The translations under genes were made by a program, and so were the position numbers. A DNA stretch of 64,000 nt, taken from assembly GCF_009914755.1 (NCBI RefSeq), contig NC_060946.1; one strand, given 5' to 3'. Positions within the stretch are counted from its first letter, which is position 1, and every line of letters starts with the position of its first letter. This document shows positions 37,719 through 50,479 of this stretch, in pieces. Below the pieces are notes generated by a model. It was given only the letters and a program-made list of their open reading frames with translations. It ran no database searches and was not told the origin of the DNA. The DNA comes from the human T2T-CHM13v2.0 reference genome, Homo sapiens.

Positions 37719-39029
37719 AGCAGTGGTCATCAATGGCTGAGAGCAGGTGCATGGGGGTGAATTCAGCCAGGATGAGGGGGTCGTCGAGCAAGTGGGGTCA
37801 GAGGGCATCCGTAAGTCTGAGAAGTGTGGCTCTGATGGGGAGAGGGAAGCTCGGATGGGGGGTGGGTGGAACCTGGGGAGGGTGATCCCACAGTGGGCGA
37901 TCCCTGGGTGCATGAGGCTGCTGGGGAGGTGAGGATGCAGGGCAGCGGCTGACTTGATGGGGGGCCCTGTGGGAGGTTACCCCGTGCGGGACGTGACTCA
38001 GCAGCAGAGGAGCAGCTGGGGTAGGCCGTGGAATGAAAAAGAACAACAGGTTCTGACAGGACATTCAAAGCCAGGTTCTTTTCTCTAAATCCCGGTGACT
38101 TCTTCCTCTTGGGGAACATTCAGGGCTCTGAGTATGGTGAGTGAGCAGCAGCCAAGCCGGCCTCCTGGGCCTGGGAGGTTCCATTTCCAGTTTGGTGAAG
38201 GCCACCTCTCGTTTGAGATCCTCGGCTGCCTTCAGGGCTGCGGGTACACCTGAAACGGTTACTTACGCTGCTTTAGAATGGCTCCTCACACACATCCTGT
38301 GCAGGTGGCGGGGGACTCGCTGGTAAACGGGCGAACATCTCCACACTTTACGTTTCCTATCCCCTAGTGACTTGATGCTTTTTTTCTAAGGAAAGGGAAC
38401 ATTTATTTTTGCCAGGTGAGTATTGCAAGATGACTTCATTTGGCTTAAGGCCTTTATTAAATTCCTTTCTAGTGATATCCAAGAGGCCACTTGAATGTTA
38501 ATCATTGCACTTCTACCACCCATATCCCAAAGTGTATCTTTAATCATCACTGCCCGCGCTCCTCACGCAGGGCTGGCTGTAAATTGCAGGGGATGAAAGA
38601 TGGTGCTTGTCTCCCTGGGCTTCGGATCTGGTCATTCCTCTACCATTTGCTTCCTCTCCCGAGGGTCAGAGCCGCCTCACACCGCACTCAGGGTGGACTC
38701 CTGCTGAGGGCGCGTCCTCCCACTTCACACCCAAGGGCAGGTGCTGCGGAGGGACTGGAGTGTGAGAATCTGTGGCCAGGACACTTCTATACATGGAGGC
38801 TCTAGATTGCCTACTGGTCACCACACAGATCTGGGTCCTTTAAGGAAAAGGTTTATTTGAGTATTTCACGGAAGCCCTGGTGGGTCCATGTTCTCTGCGG
38901 CATCCTGGGCTCGGATGGAGGGCGTTTCTGCCCTAGTTCTGTGCTTAGCTGTGCATCCCTGGGCGAGCCGAGTTTCCGATCCTTGCCTCGAGAGGCTGCT
39001 GCTAGGACTGAGGAAGGTTTTTCGAGTGA

Positions 39030-39222
39030 GGATTGGCAGACGTTTTCTGTAAAGGGCTAGATAGTAAATATTTTCAGGCTTGTGGGCCATATGGACTTTT
39101 TCACAACTTCTCTGCTGTTGAAGCACAGAAGCAGCCACAGACGTGGACAGCGGGCGTGGCCGTGTCCCTGTGAGACTTGCCTACCGAGGCACCAGCGAGC
39201 TGTGGTTTGCTTGCCCGCCCTA
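39030..39222. mobile_element. MER58A (hAT-Charlie)
   Basis: ttggcaga.gttttctgtaaagggctagatagtaaatattttcaggcttgtgggccata...agcagccacagac. Confidence 0.8.
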
Positions 39223-39428
39223 ACCTATAGCAAGTGCCTGGCCCTGCACCAAGCACAGAGCAGGCATCAGGCAAGATTGTCTCCCCAGCCCTTATCACCG
39301 GTGTTTTGTCCACTGTGTGCTGTTCACATTCTGGGCTTTGTTGCCAGGCAGTCATTGTTCTCTGAGAGTTTTTATAGAAGATGGAACTGGGAGTCTAGGA
39401 GCATAAGCACCTTGCCCAGGGCCACTTC
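39222..39428 (-). mobile_element. MIR remnant
   Basis: tttatagaagatggaactggg...taagcaccttgcccagggccac. Confidence 0.5.
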
Positions 39429-39689
39429 CCTTTCATACTGTGTCACAGTGGCTTCTATTTCTGCCCCCCCCATGAGGCACTTTGGGCTCCAGGGCCCTGT
39501 TGAGGCACCGTGCGAATGGGGTTCCAGTCTCTCAGTTACCAGGCTGTGCATGGCTGGAGCAGAGACCGGGAGCCAGGGCTGCCACTGCCAGTCCACATCT
39601 CTGTCCTGGCCAGAGCCCCCATCAGTGCGCTGTGGCAGTGGGGGCGCCATGGCTCCCGGTCTGTGGAATTGCTACCTTGCCAGCCTGTA

Positions 39690-39732
39690 TGAGAGAGAGA
39701 GAGAGAGAGGAAGAGAGAGGAGAGAGAGAGAG
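39690..39732. repeat. (GA)n microsatellite, interrupted
   Basis: gagagagagagagagagaggaagagagaggagagagagagag. Confidence 0.9.
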
Positions 39733-41224
39733 AATATGAATGAATGAGAATGAAGATGATGCGGGGACATTGGGACTCAGCATCACAGCCTTCTGATTTC
39801 CATGCGGGAGGAGCTATCTGATTGTGTTCCTCCTGCACCCTGTGGGTCTGGCAGTCTGGCAGTGCCATTTCTGAGATACAGCCCCACATTCCAGGACACC
39901 AGTCGTGCCAGCCAGGGGCATGGGGCAGAGGTCAGGGCCAGAGCCTCCAAGCATGTTGAATGCCAACTGCCTGATGGGACCCCCATCTGTCCACTGCTGA
40001 GAGGGGCCACACAGACCCCTGCGGGCCTTGAGGCACATCTCCCAGAGGTAGCTTTGATCAAGAAGCAGCCTGTTCTGCTGCCGCTGGTGCATCATCATGG
40101 CACCTGATCCTTGTTCAGTATCTTAGGTGAAATGTCTTCATTTTATTTTCTTCAGCATGGCCAGTGCAAGCCTCGCCATCCCTGGGGAGGGTGCGTCAGA
40201 AGGTCGCTGGAGGTGGGGCCTGCACTTTGCAGATGTCCCTGATATCTCTCAGGACAGAGCTTGATCCTGGGCACCTTGGGCCCCGAATCACTCAGCCCAC
40301 GTGCAGTTATCAGCGCCTGCTCCGGGTTGGGCCCTGTTCTCAGCCCTCAGGCATAGCAACGGGAAAGGTGGGCCTGCTGTCGAGGGCTCTTTTCTCAGAG
40401 AGGGATCCTGACAGCAAACCAGCAGCATCTCTCAGGCACCTTTCAGGTGATGAGGCCATGTGGTGGGAGGCCACAAGAGCCGGCCCTCAGGCAGGGTGTC
40501 CATGGCAGGGGGTCCTGAATTGAGATCTGTGCTGCATGATGGGGCCCCAGGTTCTAGTAGGAGGATTCTGGCTTGGAGTGCCTGGGCCAGGACAGAGCAG
40601 GCGAAGGGTGTGGGGAGCAGCAGGTGGGCCGGGGCGACGGGCACGAGGTCAGGGCCAGGATGCGGCTGTCCCCGGGCTTGCTGGAGAGGCTCAGCACACC
40701 TGCAGTGCTCCAGGTGAGAGACATAGCATGGTCAGGAAAAGCTGTTGTGGGGACTGAGCGAGTGAGGGCCCTATCTAAGGCAGCAGCCCCTGCCACCTGC
40801 AATTTCGCAGCCCAGCTGGTGGCCAGCAGTCAGCAAGAGTGCGATACAGGTGCCCAGGTGTGCTGAGGACGTAGGGAAGATGGGGTGTGTTCATCTTTCC
40901 AGGGGAGGAGGAGGCTTCCTGGGGAGACATGTGAGCAGGGTCTGGGGGCTGAGTTGCAGCTGAACAGGAGGGTGGAAGGGTGCAAAGAGGGTCCTCCCAT
41001 AGGGCATAGAGCAGGTGTCCAGGAAATGAGTGAGAGGTGGGTTGCACCAAGGAAGAGCATTCCAAGGCTCTGAGGGCAGGGGGGCGCAGTGTGCTCTATG
41101 TGAGGTGCAGTTGAGTGTGGCTGCACCAGAGTATTTGGATGCCAGGGCAGGTCCGAGGCTGCCAGACTCAGGTGGGGCCATGTGGGAGGCTCTGTGTGCC
41201 TTGCTCAGACATTGCATTTTATCT

Positions 41225-41296
41225 GGGGCAGGTGCTGGGGAGGAGCCTGTCTGAGCGGGGCAGGTGCTGGGGAGGAGCCTGTCTGAGCAGGGCAGG
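41225..41296. repeat. 32-bp tandem duplication ggggcaggtgctggggaggagcctgtctgagc (~2.2 copies)
   Basis: Directly visible. Confidence 0.85.
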
Positions 41297-42934
41297 GCTC
41301 CGCCTTTTACCATGGGTCCTCATAGCAGCCCAGGCAGCTGGGCACTGGGGTGGAAGGGCATCGCTGAGGCCGTGCTGCCTGGCATTTGGCCCACCCACAT
41401 TCCATCAGGGCAGAGTAGGGGGCCGATTGCTGTGTCTGTCTCAGGCCCTGCCCTTCCCTGCACCCTTCTGCTCTGTGCCTCTGTCCGGTGCCGTGCTATC
41501 CTGAGAGCCTCCCTCTGGCCCCTTTTGCTAGAGATTTATGCTGGATGTAAACGATTACTGGCTGGCCACTCACTTCCTCCACCATCTGGGTGTCCTCAGC
41601 CCTGCCTTTCCCCAGGAGTCCTTTGGACCTGCTGTCCCAGCTCCTTTGAAAGGCTGCCTCGGGTCTCCACTTGCCCTTGCCAAGCCTGGGTGAGGGTGGA
41701 CAGCGTGCTCCAAGTACCGCACCTGCTGGGTGCTCTGCCTCGTGTGCCAGGCGACAGCCCTTGGGGCTCTCCTGAATGTCCCAGGTGCCACAGCATGGAT
41801 TCTGTGGGTCAGGTGCAGTGAAACTGATGATCGGGTTAACCTAATGAAGCTGAAGAAGCTGGTCTCCGTACATTGTACTTTCTCATGAGCCCATTAAGAT
41901 TTGAGGTCGTAAGCTTTCCATGCCTGCCCGCCCACAGGAAGTAGGCATAGATCACTGTCAGCTGGGGAGGGATTTCAAAATGAGACTATTCAGCAGGACG
42001 TGGCTCACTGCTGCTACTTTGCAGGGAGGAGCTGGAAGAGGGGTGTATCTATTCCTTCGGAGTGACAGTGAAGTCAGTGTCCTGGGGATTTAATGCTGTA
42101 TTTAAAGACATGTCTGGAAAGTCCTTAGCGACTTTAAGCTTGCTTTCTTCATGTATCAATCATGTTGCTTTTTATTGGGGCTCGAGAACTCTACAGGAGA
42201 TGGTTTCTTCCCCCTGCAGGCCTGGCGTGCTCCAGCACCTTTGGGCAGGCGTGTGAAGGCCCTGAGGTCTGGTCTGGGCGCCTCCAGGAAAGAATGACTC
42301 TCCAAGTGGGCGCTCGGGACCCCTGTCAGCCTCCATGGCCCTTCACATGGGGCGGTCTCTCCTCTTTGTGGACAAAATGCAGAGTTGTGCTTGGAGCAAG
42401 AAAAGTGATTTGTATAATGTTTTGGGCGCTGACTCGTACATTTATGATAGATAAGACCTTTGTTCTTTCTGAAAAGTTACGTGGTGAGGATTGTGAACTG
42501 TGGCTGCGTGGCACCTGGCTGCACACGCGGCTGTGTGTTCACTGTCCCTCGGACTCTGCGGGAAAACGTGATGCAGAGCCACGGTCACGGCTGCGCTCCT
42601 CCGCGGTTTGGAAGTCCCATTAATGCGACTTCTCTCTGAGAAGTCAACCTGGGCCTCCTCACTCTGCAGACGTCCAGCTCCCTCCCGGAAGCGGTCATGC
42701 AGAGGTGTCAGGCGGCACTGTTGTAATCGATAGTGGGTGACCAGTCTGAATAAATTTCCTTGTACTTGCTCCAAAGTAGACAAGAGTCCTTAGCCACCTC
42801 CAGAGTTTGAATTGAATGGTAATGACATTTCTTAAGGAGAGATTAAAGAGTTCTTTTTTAATAGTAAAAACATGCAGCAGAACGGGCAGTGTTGTTAGCG
42901 GGTTAGCGTTTTGATGACTCTTTTCTCCCATTGT

Positions 42935-43035
42935 GTTCATTTCTTGCTCACCAGTCCCTTACTGAGGCCCTACTGTGTGCTAGGCCTTGAACCAGAACAG
43001 TCAATAAAAAAGAAACCGCCCACCCTGTGGGGTAC
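42935..43035 (-). mobile_element. L2 3' fragment
   Basis: ttcatttcttgctcacc...ttactgaggccctactgtgtgctaggc. Confidence 0.55.
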
Positions 43036-46000
43036 CTGCTGTGATCTCCAACCACAGCAACCTGTGAGTGGACCAGTTACTGCTGTTCACCCAGGAAGCT
43101 GCTGCTGTACGGATTGGTGTGGGGCTTGGTTTTGGTCCCAGAGTCCATGCTCCTTCAGGTGGCTGCAGCCTTGTCTCCACGTCCTCCCCACACCTGGCAC
43201 TGCACCCCCACAGCACCCCCAGCATCCGATTTTTGGAGGCTAGTGAAGAAAGCAGCAGGTCTTAGTGGGGATGGCCCTGGGTGGAGGTGAGAAGACCTAG
43301 GCCAAGGAGGTTCCCGGCTGTGGGCCCTGGTGATGGGGAGACAGGTCCAGGGTCCCTCATATGGACTCGCTGATGCTCCCTGGGCCTCTGGGTGATGTGA
43401 GGTGTGGTCTACCTGTGGGTGTCTGTGTGTGTGGGTACAAAGGCCTTGCCCCACAAGGAGGGTGTCCAAGTCCAAGTACCTTACAGGATGCCGGGAGGGC
43501 CCCCGAGTGGGACGGTGGACTGTTTCTGACAGGTCACGGCTCGGTAGTGGAGTGGTCCCTGCACCCCACTGTGCAGGCTTCCCTCTGAGATGTGCTGCTT
43601 TGCCCTCGTGGGGGCATCTGTAGGTCCTGTCGCTTCCCTAGAGGAGAGCCACGGGCCTGTGGGTCCCTGGCAGTCTAGGAATGCTTTGGGCCCCAGAGTC
43701 CCTGAACCTCCCTTAGCGACTGGTTGGGATTTGTGCTGGGGGAGCGCCCAGGGACACCCTTTGAGTGAGGGTGTGGTAGAGGCCAGCTGGGGAGGGTTGC
43801 TCACACCTGGCCCTGTGAAGGTGTGGCCACGGGAGAGAAGCCAGGGACACAGTGCCACTCACATTTGAGAGCTGGGCCCTGGCATGGGCATTGGACTTGG
43901 TCTTTGTGGGACTGGGATCTGTGGGTAGAAAGAATAGGGCTGAACACGAAACATACCTTTCTGCCAGAGCTGCTGCTGTGATGGCGCCTGGGCCCCCTGA
44001 AGCCTCCTCCCCGCACTTGTCCAGGTTTTAACTGAAGAGGAGCCAGAGAGCCGTTGACATCTGAGTTGATCATCTCCAGGGACCCCTCTATCCCAGAGCC
44101 CTGGATCCCCCCAGATGCCAGACCAAGGCTGCGGGAACAGCAGTATGCCAGGTGCAGGGCCTGTGCAGGCAGCCTGGGAGCTTGTTCCCCAGGAGTGTAA
44201 GAAAGGCTGGCGGGTCTGCCCCACTCCAGGCCACAAAGAGTGTACTTTCTTTGGGGCATTTTTGGTAAGCTTTCAGATGATGTATTCATTAATATTTTAT
44301 CTGCAGTGTGACCTTAAGCAACTTGTCTAACTGCTTTAGGCCTGTTGTGGGACGAAGCCCCAGAGGAGGGCTTGGTTTCGTTTGCTGTGAGGATTTGTGT
44401 TTCTCCTGATCTTAGCTTGTTCTTAGTGCGAGGGTGTGGCGGAGGAGGGCTCGGGGACCTTCCCTGCTTGCATGTAGCAATTCTGTGATATACCAAGGCC
44501 AGCCCTACCCTCTTGCTAGAAATGCATGGCCTGGGAAGATTTCTGACAAGATTAGAAAGAAAGGAATACACATAGCCTATTAATGAAGGCTGCATATTAA
44601 ATACGAATCATACATTTTTAGGAAAATTATTGAATTGTATCTTTGTGGCCGGTGATTGAAATCATAGTCCTAAAGAGTTGAGTAGATCACCTGTGCAGGG
44701 CAGCGTGCTGGGCGCTGAAGGAGAGGGGCACAGAGGAGAAGTTCTTGCCTTCAAGGCACCAAACCTTCAGCACAGCTGGTTGCTGGAAATAGATGGAGAC
44801 AGCCCCGAGCGGAGCAGCAAAGGAGAGGACCCAGAGAGGAGTAGTCCTGGGGCTGTCGGGAAGCACCGGCTGCCCCAACCCTGGGCAAGTGGCTGAGGCC
44901 TACTGCCCCAGGTTGGCCCCACCAGTGATGGTGACCAAGAGGTCAGGCCTGCAGTTTGATGGGACTTTGAGAATGAACACTCAGTTGACCTCATCCTTGA
45001 TGGTGGAAGAAGCTTGCCCCATCCTGTGTGGAGGGTTCAGAGCTGGGGTCTTTCAGAGCCTGTCGGGTGCCCTGGCAAGGCCTCGAGGCTGTGCATTCTC
45101 CAGGCTCCTGCCGTCTGCCTCTACTCCTTGCCTTTGCTCGAGCTGTGCCCTGTTTTCTGCTGCAGACTCTGCTCCCATCTCTTTGTGGAGCTGCCCACAG
45201 GACTTCTCCAAAGTTTAGAGTTGACAGCCCGGAAGCCAAGGGCAGCCCCTCAGTCTTTCCCCAGACCATGTGGCTGGATGTCATCTTTGCAAGTTGGTGT
45301 TCCTTAAATGAAAGGAACAAGAAAAAAGCCAGAACAGGGTCCCAATGGAGGCTGAGGTGCCTTCCAGTCTGCCCCGGGCTGCCCCAGCTCCACTGCTGTT
45401 GCTGCATTTGCGGTTCCTGGGACTCAGCTCTCTGGGTGTAGTTGAGAGAGGAGCCCCAGGCTGGGCCCTGCTGCTGAGAGGTGTGTGTGGACCCGTCTTA
45501 TGTGTGAGGTGTGGTTTTGGGGTTTCACAGTGCGGTAAGGCTCCCCTCAGAGCACCCCCTTAGCACTTACCGGGTCAGCCCAAGCCCAGGGTCACCCATG
45601 GTTGCTGTCAGGTAGGGAAAGGGTGGCATCCAGCCTGAGGTCGGGAGGTGGAGGACGCGTCACCTTCCAGGACAGGGTGGTCAGGCCCCAGCACATCCAG
45701 TTACTACGTCACTTGCCGAGACGGTGCTCAGGAGTCTCTGGTCAGAGTTCCTGGTTACAGAGGCCTCCTTGGCAGGCAGAGGACAAGGAGTAAAGGGTGA
45801 AGGGCACAGCAGCCTTGCCTTCCAGATGTTCACAGTGGCTGCCACTGGGCCAGAGGAGCATGGGGCAGACAGAGCCATGGGAAGCACTTACAGTTCCCTG
45901 AGGCCAGGCCTCTCCCGCCAGCTCCTGTCCCTCTCTCCTTTCCTCTGCCGTCCCCTGTGCAGGCCCCTCCTGCATTGCTTCTCCTAGTGAACGGAGCTTG

Positions 46001-46764
46001 CTGTGTTCCTGTGCAGGGTGGGATGGGGACAGGCTGACTTACTGTTGCCCAGCTCTGGGGGGAGGTGGGGCACCTGCCGCACCGTAATCAGGAGCAATGT
46101 AGGGGTGAGGGGCCCTGCACGGGACCCTTTGGACATCGCAGCCCCCATGCTGGGGCACACCTGACTGCCCGCATGCACCCTGGATTTATAGGTTCCTCTT
46201 TTAAGGTCTGGTGTAGCGTGGTAATGACCTTCATTTTTATGTGTTCTGGAAGAAATCCAAAAAGGAAACGTTAACCTGAGAATTGCTTTCAGGAGCTTGG
46301 CCTCCTGTGTCCCCAGCATGGAGAGTATTCTCCAGGTTTCCAGTCCAATTTTCTGTGACCTTTCGTTAATGGCCGGGAAGAGGAGGCCGGCGCTCCACCT
46401 GGGTCCCCAGTGTGGCACTCACAGCTCTGCCGGGTACACGTTGTGCTCTTCCTTTCCAGGCCCTACATGACCAGGCTTGTGATATTCAGACGGTTTCCTG
46501 GGCCAACCTTCGGCTTTGCGCCACTGTTCCAGTATTGACATTTTCCGATATTAACCTCCCAGCTCCTGGGCGAACCTCTTGGTACTTAATGGTTGAGCAT
46601 GCGGAAGTGTGGGAAAGAAGAAGCGGGCATGGGCGCTGGGTTCACGTCCACATCAGGGTCCCCCTGGGCAGCGGGACCTTTGCACAGATGGCGCTGCTCT
46701 GAGTAAACCTGCAGGTGAATGCACTTCTCAGCGGGCCTCCTTCACTTCCTGTTTTCTAAAGTGT

Positions 46765-47110
46765 TAATTTTTAAAGTTTCATCATGAGAGTACATGCATA
46801 TTGCTGAAACTTTACAGAGATGAAAGAAGGAAAACCTCCCCTTTGAATATATCCAACCCAACATAAATGGCCCCCAGTGGAGCAGGTGTTAGTGTCTCTT
46901 TTCCATCCTTTTCTACGAGTTTTTTTGTAAAACATAACACAAATCAAATAGTACATAAATTTCTCTTTGGCTCTGTCACACTGCCCAGTCATAATGCTTT
47001 CTGTGTTAGTTTGGAGTTTTTGTAGCTAATGTTTGCTTAATATTCTGGCCTGTGGATAGATCATAGTCTACTTAAATGTGGTGCGTGATTTTTCAGTGTA
47101 TTTGTGACTG
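46765..47110 (-). mobile_element. Old L1ME-like 3' fragment
   Basis: AT-rich island: ttttaaagtttc...agtacatgcatattg..gaaa...tcttttccatccttttcta. Confidence 0.4.
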
Positions 47111-47291
47111 AGAGATGATATATTTGTGCTTAAAGCTTTTTCTGTATTTAGAAATAGTCCCGTAAAAGAGGTGTTCAGGAAAGGGGCTGCAGGGTGAACG
47201 GGTCCCCCTGTGTTTGGGGAACTTGGTGGCCACAGCCAAGTGACCCTGGGGCCCACTGAGTTGGTTTGCCCTGCAGCCAGCAGTTTTGTGA

Positions 47292-47593
<302 letters not shown>

Positions 47594-50377
47594 GAGAGGG
47601 GGCATTTCTTTACCGTCACCATCACTGGGCATTTTCATTAACCTCGTTCTTCCTCATCTGGTTAAGCAGTAGACAGAAACACCCTGATTCTATTTTTATT
47701 TCCATGGCTGCTATTTAATTCCAAAAGTTTCCCGTGTTTTTAGCAGCTGGCTGTGCTCTGTTTTTTAGGTAACCTTTTAGTTCACCCATGGTGTCTTTCT
47801 GGGACATTTTAAGCTTGAGAGCATCCGTTCAGAGTGTTCACTGCAGCCAGCATTTGCTTGGGACCGCGTGTGAGGCCTCTCCAGGCGCCGCTTGGGCCCT
47901 GACTCTAGGAGCTTGCCTTCTGCACAAAGTACAGGGTGGCCACAGGAGACAGCTACTAAGAGCAGCCAGGGATGGGTGGGGCCCGGAGTCAGATTGCAGG
48001 CCATGGCGGGGGCTCGGGAAGGGTCTTGTGAGGGCAGAACCTTGGGGTGGGTGGGATGAGGGTGAAGTGCGCATCGGTGGAGGTGGGGGGATGGTGAGGA
48101 CAGCCTGGGAGGAGCCTGTGGTCTGTCTGCCATGCCCTGGACAGGTGGACTGGGTTCCCCTCTGACCCTGGGTGGCAGCTTCTGCTCACAGTGTCTCTGG
48201 ATGAGGAGGGCGGCCACACCAATGCGGTGGAGGGAGCAGGGGGTGGCGGGGGCAGTCGCGGGGACCTTTGCAGCCGCCTGGGAATAGCAGCGCTCCCTTT
48301 GCTAAGGAGACCCTGTCTGGGCGGCGGCTCTGGGGCTTCCCCAGGGGGCTTCCGTGGGTTCTGCCCTGTGGCCTGGCAGGTCATGTGGGAGGCTGGGTCA
48401 TTGCAGGGACCTCTCCTCCCTCGGGGCTGTAGATTGTAGCAAAGGAGCTGAGGGAGTGGGAGCAGGGAGGAGTTCCCACCTCAGCTTCAGCAGAACATTC
48501 CAGTAATGTTGTTGTCTCTAAATACGTAAACCCTCCAGGTTCCAGACATAGAGCAAATTTCCCTAGAATTGTATTTATCAGAGAAGGTACCTGGTTATAG
48601 ATAATTAACTACAATTTAAATTTTAAATATTTGTAAGATTTTTTTATACTCTCAAATGCACACATTTGGAAAATACTGTCTTTCCGTCCTTAAAGAACAG
48701 TCTAGTTCCGGAATTACGGTCCTCAGCCGTGCTCTCTGGATCCTCCTGGACTTGCTTCAATGCGGACCCTGGGTGCGGCAGGGGTGGCTTCGGGAGCCGG
48801 GAGCTAGAACATTCTTTGATCTCAAAATGCCCTTCCGGTGGAGGCCCTGGTGATTCTCCTGGAGGGCTGGGCCAGCCGTGCTTTTCAGGTCCCCTCAAGG
48901 GGCCGGGCCCCTGCCAGGCTGTGGAGCTCTGTTGGAGGAGACCCTCTGTGGCAGGAGCAGTGAGCCCTGGCCGCTTGCCTGGGGTGGGGGCAGCCGGCAC
49001 CTCCCTGCAGCCCCAGGACTGCTCCTCTCCAGCTCCCCTCCCTCCTCCTTTCCTTCCTCTCGCGCTCCTCTGCTCCCGCTGTGTTCTGTCATGAGTGGAG
49101 AAGACTCCTTCTCTGCTTTGTATTCAGGGATTCAGTTTGTTTCAGCGGTGCTCTCCTGGCCACCTGCTGTTCCAGAATCTTACCCTGAAAGGCGGTCACT
49201 GTGCGGAGGTGAACAGAAGCAGAGTGCATTGCCACTAGCACATCTCACAGTGTTTGCTTTCTCGGCCTCTGGGGAATCTGTGAGTGTGGACAGAAAGCAC
49301 AGAGCGGGCGGGATGCCTCCTCTTCAGCGGTAAGGCAGGGTGGGGCAGGCTCTCACTGGGCCTCCTGCCCCCAGCAAGGTGTCCGCAGGTCCTCTGTCAC
49401 TCTGAACATGGGTTCATTTGGAGAGCAGCAGACAGCACAGGGAAGCCAGTTCTGGAGTTAGAGTGGGATGTTTTTCTGAACACGTATTTAGAGCAATTTG
49501 CTTTCATTTTGAATACTTGAGTCCATCAGGAAATATTGAATCATTCCATAGTCCAGAGGCCGGGCCAGCGCCCTCCTGATGAGGGTGCCCATCGGCCATG
49601 CGGCCTGTGTGGCCTCCTGGTACCAGCCAGGGAGGCCCCTGGGAGGGGCAGGCACAGCGGGCGAGCCTGGGGATGCCTGGGAGGGACCCTCAAGGTGAGG
49701 AGGTGGGAGGCTGGGAAGAAAGATGGGCTTGATCCATTTAGAAGGAGACAGCCTGATGGATGGGCCCCCTGGGGAGCATTGTGTACAGAGAGAGGACCCT
49801 GAGACCCTCCCACAGTGGGGAGGGGACTCGCCTGAGGTCACACAGCACGGTGTGCCCAGGCCATTGCCTGCCAGTGTTGCACCAAGCTTCTCCGGGGATG
49901 GCCCTGTGCTTGCGGCAGCCACATCACAGCCCTCCTGCTCTGAGGGGCAGCGGCTGGAGGCTCTGCCTGTCCTGAGCAGGACTCCTGTCGGCCACACACA
50001 GCACTGCTCAGGCTCTGCTGGGGCAGCCAGGATAGCAGGAGGACGGCCTCCCACAGTACCCCCGGGCATCTTCCTGTCCTTCCAGGCCACTGCTCCCCAA
50101 TCAGTGACACCAAGCCCACCACACGGTGGTGCCCGTCTGTGTTGGCACATCACTGCCACATGGCTGGCCCTCTGTGGTACCCGGTATCCCCGTGTTGATG
50201 GTCTTGGGGTCTTGGTGTAAACCTGGATGCCACGCAGCTGTGACATGCTGGGCTGCTGGCTGGGCCTCCTCACACCTGCACACTGGCCTCCCTCTTCTTT
50301 ACCTGTGTGGTCATTGTCATGTCTCTGTCATTTGACTTGGGCACCTTCACTGTGTGTGAGTGCTGCCCCAAGCATCG

Positions 50378-50479
50378 TGCCCACCACCAGCCCAGGGCCT
50401 CAGTGCTTCCTGCCCACCACCAGCCCAGGGCCTCACTGCTTCCTGCCCACCACCAGCCCAGGGCCTCACTGCTTCCTGC
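50378..50479. repeat. 33-bp tandem repeat tgcccaccaccagcccagggcctcastgcttcc, 3 copies
   Basis: Units at 50378, 50411, 50444. Confidence 0.92.

Noticed and set aside
49488-50273. 261-aa minus-strand ORF and many other 60-220 aa ORFs
   Set aside because: No recognisable domains, typical of GC-rich noncoding DNA; many begin at GTG/TTG or are Alu-derived
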